DNA of 64,000 bases from the NCBI GenBank assembly GCA_963820555.1, contig CAWGAT010000029.1:59718-123717 (forward strand), read 5' to 3'. The stretch is from Candidatus Bathyarchaeota archaeon (GTDB taxonomy: Archaea > Thermoproteota > Bathyarchaeia > TCS64). Within the stretch, counting starts at the first letter, position 1, and each line of letters starts with the position of its first letter. Positions 50,029 to 60,252 of the stretch are shown here, piece by piece. Made by a program: the position numbers and the translations under genes. The notes under the pieces were generated by a model. That model was not told where the DNA came from. It worked only from the letters and a program-made list of their open reading frames with translations, and made no database searches.

Positions 50029-51805
50029 ATGCAGAGGTCCATAAAGGCCTTCAAGATAGTGGCGAAGTACAACAAGCCCTACTTGCCCTTCTTGGGGCTA
50101 ATTGTCCTTCTCTCCGTTGCGCGTTCCTACCTCTTCACACTAGAGCCTCTGTACACTGCTCAAATAATTGACAAGGTAATCGTCGCGAACGACTATGACC
50201 TGCTCATGGGTTTGCTGATCAGGATATTCCTAGCGGTCACTGGTTTCGGGATACTGAACTTCGCAATCATCTTTCTGAATGGTTACACATCAAAGAGCAT
50301 AATCAGGGATATTCGCGCCGATTATTATCGGTCTCTCCAGGAGAAGTCGTTCGAGTTCCATGACGCGGCTGCAGTTGGAGACCTGATCTCGAGAGCGACG
50401 ATGGATCTTCAGCCCCTCGACATGTTCCTTGGTCAGGCGGTGGGGGTTGTCTGCGATGCAGTATTCACAGCCATCGCGGTGTTCCTCGTCATGTTCTCGA
50501 TCAACCAGACGATGAGTCTCATCGCCGTCGTGCCCATAATCATCGTGTTCTACCTCAACGTTGGCCTTTTCACAAGGACGATGCCCCTCTTCAGGAGGAT
50601 GCAGATGATTCTGGGGAGGTTAGGTGCCTACATCCAGCAGGATATCATCGGGATGAAGAATGTCCGCATATTCCAGAGAGAGGAGGAGATGGAGGATGGC
50701 TTCAAGCAGGTCGAGGAGAAGTACGTCGAGACAGCGGTCACCGCAGGAAGGATACAGTCCATATACACACCGGCGGCCGAGGCTGGCCTATCCATCGGTG
50801 TGACCCTCATCTACATCTACGGAGCTAACCTCATAGTCGCTCCCAGCTGCTCTTCTCACAATCGGAGACCTCATACTCTTCACAAGGTACATGCGCAGGC
50901 TCACGATGCCTCTAAAGAACCTGAGCATGGTCATCGGGCAGTGGGTCAACGCCTCCGCGGGCTTCGAGCGCGTAAACGACATGATGGAGGCCCCCGTTGC
51001 GGTGAAGGATCTACCCGATGCGGAGGATCACAAGATAGAGCGTGGGGAGATCGTCTTCAAGGACGTGAGCTTCGGGTACACCCCTAACACTCTCGTCCTC
51101 AAGAAGGTGAACGTTGACGTGAAGCCTGGTGAGAAGATAGCCATACTCGGCGCTACGGGGTCTGGGAAGACGACTCTGATCTATCTGGTGCCAAGGTTCT
51201 ATGATATAACCTCAGGTAGCCTCACCATCGATGGGCGGGACATCAAGAGCTACAAGCTTGCTTCTCTCAGGAAGCAGATCGGCCTCGTGTTGCAGGACGT
51301 CTTCCTCTTCTCCGGGACAATCAGGGACAACATCTCGTTCGGTAACCCGAATGCGTCAAATGATGACGTGATTAAGGCGGCGAAGCTAGCCCAGATCCAC
51401 GACTTCGTTGAAAGCCTCCCCGAGAAGTACGACACAATAATCGGGGAACGCGGAGTCACCCTGTCGGGTGGGCAGAAGCAGAGGGTTACAATCGCCCGTG
51501 CATTGCTCACGGACCCGAAGATACTGATACTGGACGACTCGCTTTCCTTCGTCGACGCGAAGACGGAGCATGAGATCCAGCAGGCCATAGATGAGGCGAT
51601 GAAGGGGAGGACGACCCTCATGATCGCCCAGCGGTTATCCACTATCAAGAACGCGGATCGGATAATCGTACTCGACAACGGTGAGATCGTGGAGCTTGGT
51701 AACCACATCGAACTGATGGCGATGAACGGGATCTACAAGAGGATCTATGAGACGCAGTTTCTGGAGAAGGCTCCTGAGGAGATCCTCGGCGGGAGGGTGA
51801 TGTAA
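50029..51805 (+). CDS. Type IV ABC exporter half-transporter with degenerate NBD (apparent frameshift near 50860)
   Basis: TMD plus GATGSGKTT, LSGGQKQR, ILILDDS (E to D) and IAQRL (H to Q). Confidence 0.9.
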
Positions 51806-53650
51806 ATGTCGCGTGAATTCAGCGATTTCTCGACGAAGACGGAGGAGGCCCGGAAGAGGACGCTCTCAGACACGGACCTGATTAGGAGGCTATACAACTA
51901 CGCTGAGGGCTTCAGAAGGAACTTCCTCATCGGCGTGGCGTCGATTGTCCTGACCGCTGTGACCTCTCTCGCCATACCCTACCTCCACCTAGTGGTGATT
52001 GACGACATCATCACACCCAAGAACCTCTCGGGATTCATGTGGTGGATCCCCATCTTCCTATTCGTCACTGCGGCCCACTATTTGGTGCAGTACACTCAGA
52101 TCTTCCAGATGAGGATAGTCGGGGAGAACGTCGTCGCGAAAATGAGAGACCAGATGATCAGGAAGCTCCAGCAGATCTCTCTAAGGTATTTCTCGGAGGG
52201 GGAGCTGGGGAGGATCCTGTCGAGGCCAGTGAACGACGCGAACCTTGTTCGCATATTCGTCAGGCAGGGACTCGCGCAGATCGTACTTGACGTATCGTCG
52301 ATAGTCGGCTCTCTCCTGATCATCTTCTTCATCAACTCTAAGTTGGCGCTGATCGCTGTATCGATTGTCCCGTTTGCTGTAATAGTTGCTTGGACTCTTG
52401 GGAAGATATCGAGGAAGTACTACCGTAGGGTTCTCATGTATACCTCCGGTATGGTCGCGAAGATCCAGGAGAACCTTTCAGGCATCAAGGTAATCAAGGC
52501 CTTCACGCAGGAGGATAGGACGACCAAGGGCTTCCTGGAGACCCAGGACAAGGTATACAATACACAGATACGCACAGTAGCAATCTCTAGTTCCTACCAA
52601 CCCGTCCTTTTGATAATGAGGATCATCGGGACGATTTTGATCCTATACTTTGGCGCAGTGATGGCGATGTCTGGCGAGATCACGATCGGTATACTAGTTG
52701 CTTTCACAGAGTACCAGTTCCAGTACTTCCAACCTCTCCTCGACCTCATCACTCAGTGGGATCAGTACCAGTCGTCGATGTCGGCCATCGAGAGGATGTT
52801 TGACCTCATCGACACGACGGTTGAGGTACAGGAGCCCTCCGAGGAGACGGCGGTCAAGATCGAGAAGATCGATGAGGTCAAGTTCGACGATGTGACCTTC
52901 GGGTACGACAGGAACATTCCAGTGCTCAAGAACATCTCCTTCACCCTCTCGAAGGGGAAGAAGATGGCCTTCGTCGGTCCCACTGGGGCGGGTAAGAGCA
53001 CGATAATTAACCTGATCTCTAAGTTCTACATGCCTCTTGGCGGTGAGGTGCTCATCAACGGGCACAACATGAAGGATATCACCACCGAGTCTCTGCGCGC
53101 CCGCATGAGCATAGTGCTCCAAGACTCGTTCCTCTTCCCGATGAGCGTCAGGGACAACATCAGGTTCGGTAAACCGGAGGAGAGTGACGATGACGTCGTG
53201 GAAGCCGCTAAGTCGGTCGGAGCCCACGACTTCATTATGAAGCTCCCCGGCGGGTACGATTACATCCTGAAGGAGGGGTCTAGCAACATCTCCATCGGGC
53301 AGAGGCAGCTCATCAGCTTCGCTAGAACTCTGCTTATGAACCCAGACCTCCTCATACTCGACGAGGCCACCTCCAGCATCGACCCGTACACGGAGCTAGT
53401 CATCCAGAACGCGCTGAAGGCCCTCCTTGAGAACAGGATGTCGATCATTATCGCCCACAGGTTGTCGACGATCAGGCTCTGTGACGAGATATTGGTGATC
53501 GATCACGGTGTGGTTGTTGAGCGTGGTTCCCACTTCGACCTGATGGTGAGCGGCGGGTTATACTCGTCGTTCTACAAGATGCAGTTCAAGGAAGAGAGCG
53601 GAATAGCAGGGGATTCGGCCTCTGTAGAGGCTCGCCCGAGAGTCACCTAG
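51806..53650 (+). CDS. Type IV ABC exporter half-transporter with consensus NBD
   Basis: TMD plus GPTGAGKST, ISIGQRQL, ILDEATS, IAHRL; pairs with the preceding gene as a heterodimer. Confidence 0.92.
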   Translation: MSREFSDFSTKTEEARKRTLSDTDLIRRLYNYAEGFRRNFLIGVASIVLTAVTSLAIPYLHLVVIDDIITPKNLSGFMWWIPIFLFVTAAHYLVQYTQIFQMRIVGENVVAKMRDQMIRKLQQISLRYFSEGELGRILSRPVNDANLVRIFVRQGLAQIVLDVSSIVGSLLIIFFINSKLALIAVSIVPFAVIVAWTLGKISRKYYRRVLMYTSGMVAKIQENLSGIKVIKAFTQEDRTTKGFLETQDKVYNTQIRTVAISSSYQPVLLIMRIIGTILILYFGAVMAMSGEITIGILVAFTEYQFQYFQPLLDLITQWDQYQSSMSAIERMFDLIDTTVEVQEPSEETAVKIEKIDEVKFDDVTFGYDRNIPVLKNISFTLSKGKKMAFVGPTGAGKSTIINLISKFYMPLGGEVLINGHNMKDITTESLRARMSIVLQDSFLFPMSVRDNIRFGKPEESDDDVVEAAKSVGAHDFIMKLPGGYDYILKEGSSNISIGQRQLISFARTLLMNPDLLILDEATSSIDPYTELVIQNALKALLENRMSIIIAHRLSTIRLCDEILVIDHGVVVERGSHFDLMVSGGLYSSFYKMQFKEESGIAGDSASVEARPRVT

Positions 53651-53658
53651 ACCATTTT

Positions 53659-54519
53659 TTAGCGATACTGGAGCGAGAGGAGGCGATCCTTCTCATCGTA
53701 TCCAACTATTTCCGAGCCATCTGCGCGCTTCTGCCCTATGCAGCGCGCCGTCTCCGCGTAACCCTTTGAGAGCTTGTACTCGGGCGTCATCGTGAACCTC
53801 GTCGGAAGGCTACTAGTCCCCCTCTGCTCGAGGCCGTGGGCGAGTTCCTCTATCTTGCTCTTTGGGGCGGTGAAGATCATCTCGTCGTCTTGGGCGCCCG
53901 CGTATCCCCTGTCTCCCCTGCAGGGGACTGCGACCTGACATTCATCTTTCAGGAGGCTTGGTACGACTGAGTAGACGCAGGCGGAGTGGCCACCGAGGAC
54001 GGTTGTGATGTCCCTTCCATCCTTGTAGGCTATGCCGAGTAGGAGTTTTAGGAGCTGGGCGGAGTTGCAGTAGATCACGGCAACGTCGGGCTCGAATGTT
54101 GCTGTCTTCAACGGCGCGGAGACTATGCCGATGTTCTCACCTGTTTTTAGCCTCGGTACCTCGCGCGCCCAGTTAGCACCAGCCTCGAGTGATGCGACTC
54201 CATCTGGGTAGCGTGTTTCGCCGGCTAGGAAATTGCTGGGGGGCTCGGCGAGGCCGAAGCCTATGACTGGCTCGGGGCACCACATATCATCGAAAAGCTG
54301 GGCGACGGTTTTACCGAACTTCCGGGACAGGGAGAAGCATTGACAGGTCGACATGCATACTCCGTAGTCGCGTTTTGGTCTCTCGGCTCCTTCCGGTACC
54401 TCTTCGGTGGTTCTCAGCATCTTTATCGCGATGGGGTAGCTGGCGGGGCGTATCTGCTCCTCTATGCGTCTACCGTATTCGTTGTAGGGGTTCAATTTGA
54501 GCACTGTATTGGTGATCAT
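53659..54519 (-). CDS. DUF169 family protein
   Basis: PIAIKM, STCQ, WCP..GFG, FEPDVAVIYCNSAQ, PCRGDR..AG.QDDEM. Confidence 0.8.
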   Translation of the reverse strand: MITNTVLKLNPYNEYGRRIEEQIRPASYPIAIKMLRTTEEVPEGAERPKRDYGVCMSTCQCFSLSRKFGKTVAQLFDDMWCPEPVIGFGLAEPPSNFLAGETRYPDGVASLEAGANWAREVPRLKTGENIGIVSAPLKTATFEPDVAVIYCNSAQLLKLLLGIAYKDGRDITTVLGGHSACVYSVVPSLLKDECQVAVPCRGDRGYAGAQDDEMIFTAPKSKIEELAHGLEQRGTSSLPTRFTMTPEYKLSKGYAETARCIGQKRADGSEIVGYDEKDRLLSLQYR

Positions 54520-54547
54520 GGTCCGGCCGGTAAAATCTTTGTCACGT

Positions 54548-56005
54548 TTAGCTGGGTGGGGGGATCCACCACTCGGATCCGGGCCGATCAACCCACTCTG
54601 GCCATCGCAGCCCCACCGGTGGCTTGAGGCCGGAAGGCATCAGGGGTTTTTCCCAGTGCTCCGCGCGCCTCTTGTCGAACTCCGTCTTCGCCGCCTTCAG
54701 AGCCTCGGGCCTCTTTATGAGGTCGATGGCGCTTGCAGCGAGTACTGTTGCGGCGGTTTCGCCCATCCGGTGTGTCGCCCCCATCCCGCATAGTGCGGAC
54801 TCCACCCAGCGAGGGTATCTGAATCCAGGTGTCATCGCCTTGCTAACGTAGAGGCGGGCCGTCGGGGCGTGCCAGGTGAACTCGTTGACGTCGTCGGCTG
54901 GGTGGAAGGATCCGTACGCCTTCTCTGGCTCGACTATCGAGATGTCGTAGGGCTGCTCGGTCTCCTTTATGCCGAGGTTCCTCTGGATCTCTCTCGCGAA
55001 GGCCTTGTCTTCATCCGTGTACCTGTTGGGGCCGTGCGCTTTGAGGTTGGCTAGGACGAGTTTTGTCATCGTCGTGTTTGGTAGGCCCGTCCTCACGGCG
55101 GTTATCAGGCGGGGCTTCACACTGCAGTCGGCCGCTATGGCGGCTCCTTGGGCGCAGCGCTCTATGACCTTTCTGATAGCGTCCTGGTCGGGTAGGTTGT
55201 CTGTCCTCCAGGCGTAGACGAGCTGACTAAACTCGGGTGTGCTGACCGTGCATTGGCCGCCGGTCATGACGAACTCGTTTATGCTTCCGCCACGGCGCAT
55301 GAGGGCGGGCATGTGCTCCTTCATGGTGTTGACGTTGTTGTACATGATGACGGCGGCGTCGAGGGCGCCGGGGTAGCTAACGTCTCCGCTCTGGCCGCCG
55401 GAGGCGGATTCGACCTTGAACTCGAAGACCATGCTCATGTATGTGAGGGGCCAGACGTCGCCGAGGACGCTGGTTGGGCCGCCGGGGTGCCAGGCGAGGA
55501 GGGCGTCCATGCCCTCGAAGAGGCCGTCGCGGGCCATGAAGGGCTTCCCGACGCAGAGCTTCTCCGCGGGTGTCCCAAGCAGCTTGATCTTGACTGGTAG
55601 CTTGTGATGCTCGGCTGTCTCCTTCAGTGCGACGGCGGCGAAGCAGGAGGCGACGCCTAGCATGTTGTGGGCGTCTGTGAATCCGGCGCCGTAGGGTACG
55701 GCGGGCTCGTCCCAGGGGACGACCTTCTGGCTGTGGCCGGGTGTGGCGTCGTACTCGGCGAAGAAGCCTATGACTGGGCCTTTCTCTCCCCACTCTGATT
55801 TGAATGCGGTCGGCATATCTGAGACGCCGGCCTCGACGTCGAAGCCGTTTCTCCTCATGTAATCCACAAGCAGCTTAGACGACTTGTACTCGCGTAGCCC
55901 AGGCTCGGCGTACGAGAAGATCTTATTCCCCATCTCAGCCAGTTCAGCTGCGTTGTCCTCGACCCACTTCTCCGCTGTAGCCTTCTCTCCACTCCAGCTG
56001 CTCAT
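54548..56005 (-). CDS. M20 family amidohydrolase (AbgB-like)
   Basis: EPGLREYKSS, AEYDA, GTPAE, LAWHPG, DDVNE.TW..PT motifs. Confidence 0.85.
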   Translation of the reverse strand: MSSWSGEKATAEKWVEDNAAELAEMGNKIFSYAEPGLREYKSSKLLVDYMRRNGFDVEAGVSDMPTAFKSEWGEKGPVIGFFAEYDATPGHSQKVVPWDEPAVPYGAGFTDAHNMLGVASCFAAVALKETAEHHKLPVKIKLLGTPAEKLCVGKPFMARDGLFEGMDALLAWHPGGPTSVLGDVWPLTYMSMVFEFKVESASGGQSGDVSYPGALDAAVIMYNNVNTMKEHMPALMRRGGSINEFVMTGGQCTVSTPEFSQLVYAWRTDNLPDQDAIRKVIERCAQGAAIAADCSVKPRLITAVRTGLPNTTMTKLVLANLKAHGPNRYTDEDKAFAREIQRNLGIKETEQPYDISIVEPEKAYGSFHPADDVNEFTWHAPTARLYVSKAMTPGFRYPRWVESALCGMGATHRMGETAATVLAASAIDLIKRPEALKAAKTEFDKRRAEHWEKPLMPSGLKPPVGLRWPEWVDRPGSEWWIPPPS

Positions 56006-56038
56006 GTGATGCCCCGAACCGAAGCGGGGTCTCAGCGA

Positions 56039-56143
56039 TTAAAAACCTTGGATTGGCTCTCGCGTTAACACGTCCTCTTCCTCGGTCTCCAGCCATTTCC
56101 TCAGCCTCCTCCGGTCTAGGTCGGTGAGTATGAATCGGGGCAT
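56039..56143 (-). CDS. Small hypothetical ORF, 34 aa (possible remnant; copy B of the dispersed element)
   Basis: MPRFILTDLDRRRLRKWLETEEEDVLTREPIQGF*; its 5' region and upstream motif are homologous to 3772-3840. Confidence 0.4.
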   Translation of the reverse strand: MPRFILTDLDRRRLRKWLETEEEDVLTREPIQGF

Positions 56144-56222
56144 TTTTCGAGCCCCTTCTGTAAGTGGTAGCATATTATAAGCAAAAAAGGGGCTCATGAT
56201 TTCTCACTGATCCTTGTGTGCG

Positions 56223-57020
56223 TCACTCTCGGTATTGATCAAGGTGGGGCGGTTTACAGCGACGGGGGGTCCGTTCGGATCGCTGATGTAGTTTCGTGTT
56301 ATGAATACTCGCCCTTGCAAGGTTGTTGGCTAGAGCGAGGGGTCTTGGCAGACCCTCTCCAGTCCAGAATCCTCTGACCACAGAAACCGCCGTTTCTAAG
56401 GAGATCATGTGGCCCACAGACACCATGAGCGGTGGCTTTCCGTCGAGCCTCACCCCGACACAGGTGTCATCGAGGATGATTTCAGCCTCCCCATCTCTTT
56501 GTTTGCCTATCTCACCGATTAATAGTTGCTTCGAGACGCCTATCGTTGGTTTTTCAAGTTTCAAGCCAAGTTGAGATGCGAGGCCCAGCCGCCTAGGGTG
56601 AGCAACACCGTGTGCGTTGACGATGAGTATGTCGAAGTCGAGTCCCCGGACGGCCGCTGAGAGAGCGGGGCCCTCTCTCCAGTAGAAGTAGCTAGGTATG
56701 TAAGGGAAGTTCGTCTCAACTTTAGCTGAACCCTTCGACACTACGCGGCCGGACTGATCTACTACGATACAAGCAGAGTAGACGTTGTCCTCTTCATAGG
56801 CGGCGTCTACCCCCGCGACCTTTTTCCACGAGGTGATTACATCTCGCTCGACGACGAGCTTAGCCATCTCCATCTGTTTCTCGGCGAGTCTAAGGAGGGG
56901 CCTATCGGTCTGGAAAGAAGAAAATGGGTTAGGTGATTCTTTCACCTTATCCGCGTATTCCTTAAAATCAGTGCGACAAAGGGCCTCATGGATTGCGTTG
57001 GAAGAGGCTTCGTCACCCAA
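56223..57020 (-). CDS. nfi: Endonuclease V
   Basis: VAGVDAAY, FPYIPSYFYWREGP, HGVAHPRRLG, PTIGVSK, VSVGHMISL. Confidence 0.88.
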   Translation of the reverse strand: MGDEASSNAIHEALCRTDFKEYADKVKESPNPFSSFQTDRPLLRLAEKQMEMAKLVVERDVITSWKKVAGVDAAYEEDNVYSACIVVDQSGRVVSKGSAKVETNFPYIPSYFYWREGPALSAAVRGLDFDILIVNAHGVAHPRRLGLASQLGLKLEKPTIGVSKQLLIGEIGKQRDGEAEIILDDTCVGVRLDGKPPLMVSVGHMISLETAVSVVRGFWTGEGLPRPLALANNLARASIHNTKLHQRSERTPRRCKPPHLDQYRE

Positions 57021-57121
57021 AGCTATTGCGAGTTCCGATATAGTTGTATGAGCGTCGCTTGGGACCTGTTGCAGTAGCCGCCGGAGCTCGGCGTAGAAGT
57101 TCAGACCCCTTCCCCCGATTT

Positions 57122-58465
57122 TCAGCTCCTGAGTCCCCTAGCCACCTCGGAGAGGAAGTAACCGCTGTCCTTTATCGTCCTTATCTGAGTCTCGTAGTCG
57201 ACGCGAATAACGCCGAAGCGTTTACTGTAGCCGTAGGCCCATTCGAAGTTGTCCAGTGTGCTCCAAGCGAAGTACCCTCGTAGGGGAACGCCCTCCTTCA
57301 TCGCTCTGTGGGCCTGCTTGATGTGCTCTCTTAGATAGTGAATACGCTTATCATCGTGGACTTTGCCGTCTGGGGAGACGTTGTCGGGGAAGGCTGCGCC
57401 GTTCTCCGTGACGTATATGCTTGGGACCGGGTAGTTGGAGTGGATCCATTTGAGTATCTTGTAGATCCCCTCGGGGTGGACTTCCCAGCCCATGTCCGTG
57501 TACTCTCCCGGGGGGTTCACCCTCTTCATGTTGACGGGGGGCAGGTCGGTGCCAGCCGCGACGACGCTCCTCCTGTAGTTGTTTACGCCTAGGTAGTCGA
57601 TGTGCTCCTGTATCTGCTCCATGTCGCCTGGTATGACCTCAGGTGCGTCGCATCCGTATAGCTTCGTCATCTCCGAGGGGTAGCCCTCTCTGTAGAGGGC
57701 GTCCATGTACCACCTGTTCTGGCAGAGTTCCCACCTATGCGCGGCGGCGACGTCCTCGGGGCGATCGCTGGCGGGCTCCACCATGTTGAGGTGGAGGACT
57801 ATGCCGATCTCTGCGTTGGTTGTATTGTCTCTGAGGGCCCTGACTGCTGCTCCGTGGGCGAGGAGGGCGTTGTGGCTGGCCTTCAGGGCTGCGTCGTTGC
57901 CGAGTCTTAGCCCGGGGGCGTCCTCGCCGGTGACGTAGCCTTGCCAAGCCAGTTCCCAGGGCTCGTTGAAGGTGGCCCAGTGCTTGACTCTGTTGCCGAG
58001 CTCGACGCTCACCGCGTCTGCGTATTCTTCGAAGTCGTCTACGATGCCTCGCCTTAGCCAGCCGCCCTCGTCCTGGAGGGCCTGGGGGAGGTCAAAGTGG
58101 TAGAGGGTGACGAAGGGGGTGATCCCCGCATCTATTAGGGCGTCGACGAGGTTGCTGTAGAATTGGAGCCCCTTGTTGTTTATCTTCCCCCTGCCCTTGG
58201 GGAGGATCCTCGGCCACGATATGCTGAACCTGTAGGCGTTTACGCCTAGACGTTTCATGAGTTCGACGTCCTCCTCGTAGCGGTGGTAGTGGTCGCAGGC
58301 CTTGTCTCCGTTTGTCGCGTCCTCGATCTTGCCGGGGGTGTGGCTGAAGGTGTCCCAGATGCTTGGGCCTCGACCGTCTTCGGCGACCGCGCCCTCTATC
58401 TGGTATGAGGCGCTCGCGGTGCCTAGGAGGAATCCACGCGGGAAGTATAGCCGGGAGGTTTCCAT
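57122..58465 (-). CDS. Glycoside hydrolase family 1 beta-glucosidase
   Basis: TASASYQIEG, YRFSISWPRI, TFNEP acid/base, YVTENG nucleophile, DNFEWAYGY. Confidence 0.95.
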   Translation of the reverse strand: METSRLYFPRGFLLGTASASYQIEGAVAEDGRGPSIWDTFSHTPGKIEDATNGDKACDHYHRYEEDVELMKRLGVNAYRFSISWPRILPKGRGKINNKGLQFYSNLVDALIDAGITPFVTLYHFDLPQALQDEGGWLRRGIVDDFEEYADAVSVELGNRVKHWATFNEPWELAWQGYVTGEDAPGLRLGNDAALKASHNALLAHGAAVRALRDNTTNAEIGIVLHLNMVEPASDRPEDVAAAHRWELCQNRWYMDALYREGYPSEMTKLYGCDAPEVIPGDMEQIQEHIDYLGVNNYRRSVVAAGTDLPPVNMKRVNPPGEYTDMGWEVHPEGIYKILKWIHSNYPVPSIYVTENGAAFPDNVSPDGKVHDDKRIHYLREHIKQAHRAMKEGVPLRGYFAWSTLDNFEWAYGYSKRFGVIRVDYETQIRTIKDSGYFLSEVARGLRS

Positions 58466-58569
58466 GGTTAGATCTTGGAGCGGCGCTTTAATGTAGTTGC
58501 CCTGAGGAGGTGCGAGGATTAACCTCGCTGATTAATAAATTACCCGTGCGTTGATCTGATCGTGATTTC

Positions 58570-60036
58570 ATGGTAGACGAGAGACGAGTTGAAGAGACTC
58601 TCGACCCTGAGGACTGGGATGAGCTGAAGGTGCTCGGCCACAAGATGGTGGATGACATGATAGACCACCTTGCTACGGTGAGGCAGAGACCACCCGTAAT
58701 GCTGATCAATGAGCAGACCGCTGCGGCCTTCATGAAGCCCCTGCCGATGGAGCCTGAGGGGATCGATAAGGCCTATGGTGACTTCAAGGAGGGTGTTTTG
58801 AAGACCCATATGGGGCTGAACACTCATCCGCGGTTCTGGGGTTGGGTGGTGGGCACGGGTACAGCTCAGGGGGCGCTGGCTGAGATGCTGGCGACGGGCA
58901 TCAACTTCAACATGCCTGGTGGCCCGTTTGCTCCTGTTCTGATGGAGACGCAGGTCCTCGAGTGGTTCAAGGGGATCTTCGGGTTCCCGAAGGGGGCGAG
59001 CGGGCTCCTCGTTGGGGGTGGCTCCGAGGCTAACCTCCTCGGCTTAGCCGTCGCCCGAAACACTAAGGCCGGGTTCGATGTCAGGAAGCTGGGTCAGGGG
59101 GCTGCGCCGAGGAGGATGGTCCTCTACGGCTCGACGGAGACTCACGTCTGCATCGATAAGGGTGTGCAGCTGCTTGGACTCGGGGAGGAGAACTTCAGGA
59201 AGATACCCGTCGACGACGATTATCGCGTCAAGGTGGATGCTGCTAGAGGAGGAGATAAGGAAGGATAAGGCGGCGGGGCTTCAGCCATTCTGCGTCATTG
59301 GTAACGCGGGGACGACGAACACCGGCTCATTCGATGACTTGGAGGCTCTGGCGGACATCTGTCAGAGGGAAGGTCTTTGGTTCCACGTCGACGGCGCATT
59401 CGGCGCTTGGGCGGCGATAGGCAGCAGCTACTAAGCCGCTGGTTAAGGGCATCGACAGAGCTGACTCGCTCGCCTTCGACCTCCACAAGTGGATGTACAT
59501 GCCCTTCGACGTTGCCTGCACCCTGATCAGGCGTGAGGAGGACCACTACAAGACCTTCGCTGAGCACCCGGACTACTTCGGCAACTCCGCGACGATGAAG
59601 CTGAGGACCGATTATGGTCTTCAGGTTAGCAGGTACTTCCGCAGCCTCAAGGTTTGGATGGGTTTGAAGGAGCATGGGTTGAACAAGTATGGGCGGTTGG
59701 TCCAGCAGAACTGCGAACAAGCCCAATACTTTGCGGGGTTGGTTAGGGCGACTCCTGAGCTTGAGCTCCTCGCGCCCGTGGCCTCTAACGTGGTCTGTTT
59801 CAGGTATCAGGGTACCTGGGCTGCCCGATGAGGCGCTGAATGAGTTGAACTCGAAGATACCGATGATGCTCATGGGGATGGGCGCCGCGATGATCTCCGA
59901 CACGAAGCTGAAGGGAAAACTTGCCTTGAGGGTATGCGTCGTTAATCATCGGAGTAGGCGTGAGGACTTTGACCTCCTCGTGGGAAAGGTCAAAGAGGCT
60001 GGGGCAGGGATGCTTCAGAAGATGGGGAAAAGCTGA
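58570..60036 (+). CDS. Group II PLP-dependent decarboxylase, aromatic-L-amino-acid/glutamate decarboxylase family (three apparent frameshifts)
   Basis: HPRFWG, GGSEAN, GTTNTG, HVDGAFG, DLHKW, RICVVNHR-like C-terminus across frames. Confidence 0.88.
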
Positions 60037-60068
60037 GCGGCGCGTTCTCTACCTAATTTCTATTTTCG

Positions 60069-60151
60069 ACTCCTGTGGCTAGGAAGGGGATTCCCAGTAG
60101 GTGGGAAGGAAATTCCTCGTGGGTAGGAAGGAATTCCCAGTAGCTAGGCAA
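60069..60151. repeat. Four-copy tandem array of a 17-bp imperfect palindrome at 21-22-bp period
   Basis: ACTCCTGTGGCTAGGAA (60069), TTCCCAGTAGGTGGGAA (60091), TTCCTCGTGGGTAGGAA (60113), TTCCCAGTAGCTAGGCA (60134). Confidence 0.75.
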
Positions 60152-60252
60152 GGCGTTTTTCCACTTTTCCAGATATGCGTACTTCTCGGAAGACGCTTAC
60201 GGTGTCGCGAGTAACGTATGTAAACTAGGCTTCCCCTGCAGAATCGGTTACT

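Noticed and set aside
60069-60151. Possible mini-CRISPR array
   Set aside because: Units are contiguous degenerate repeats without unique spacers, and no cas genes are in the window
33000-60200. Apparent local strand-composition switches (C-rich plus strand at about 38-43 kb, G-rich on either side) suggesting an origin or terminus
   Set aside because: Judged by eye only and confounded by gene orientation; no cdc6/orc1 gene or ORB motif seen. A cumulative GC-skew calculation would be needed
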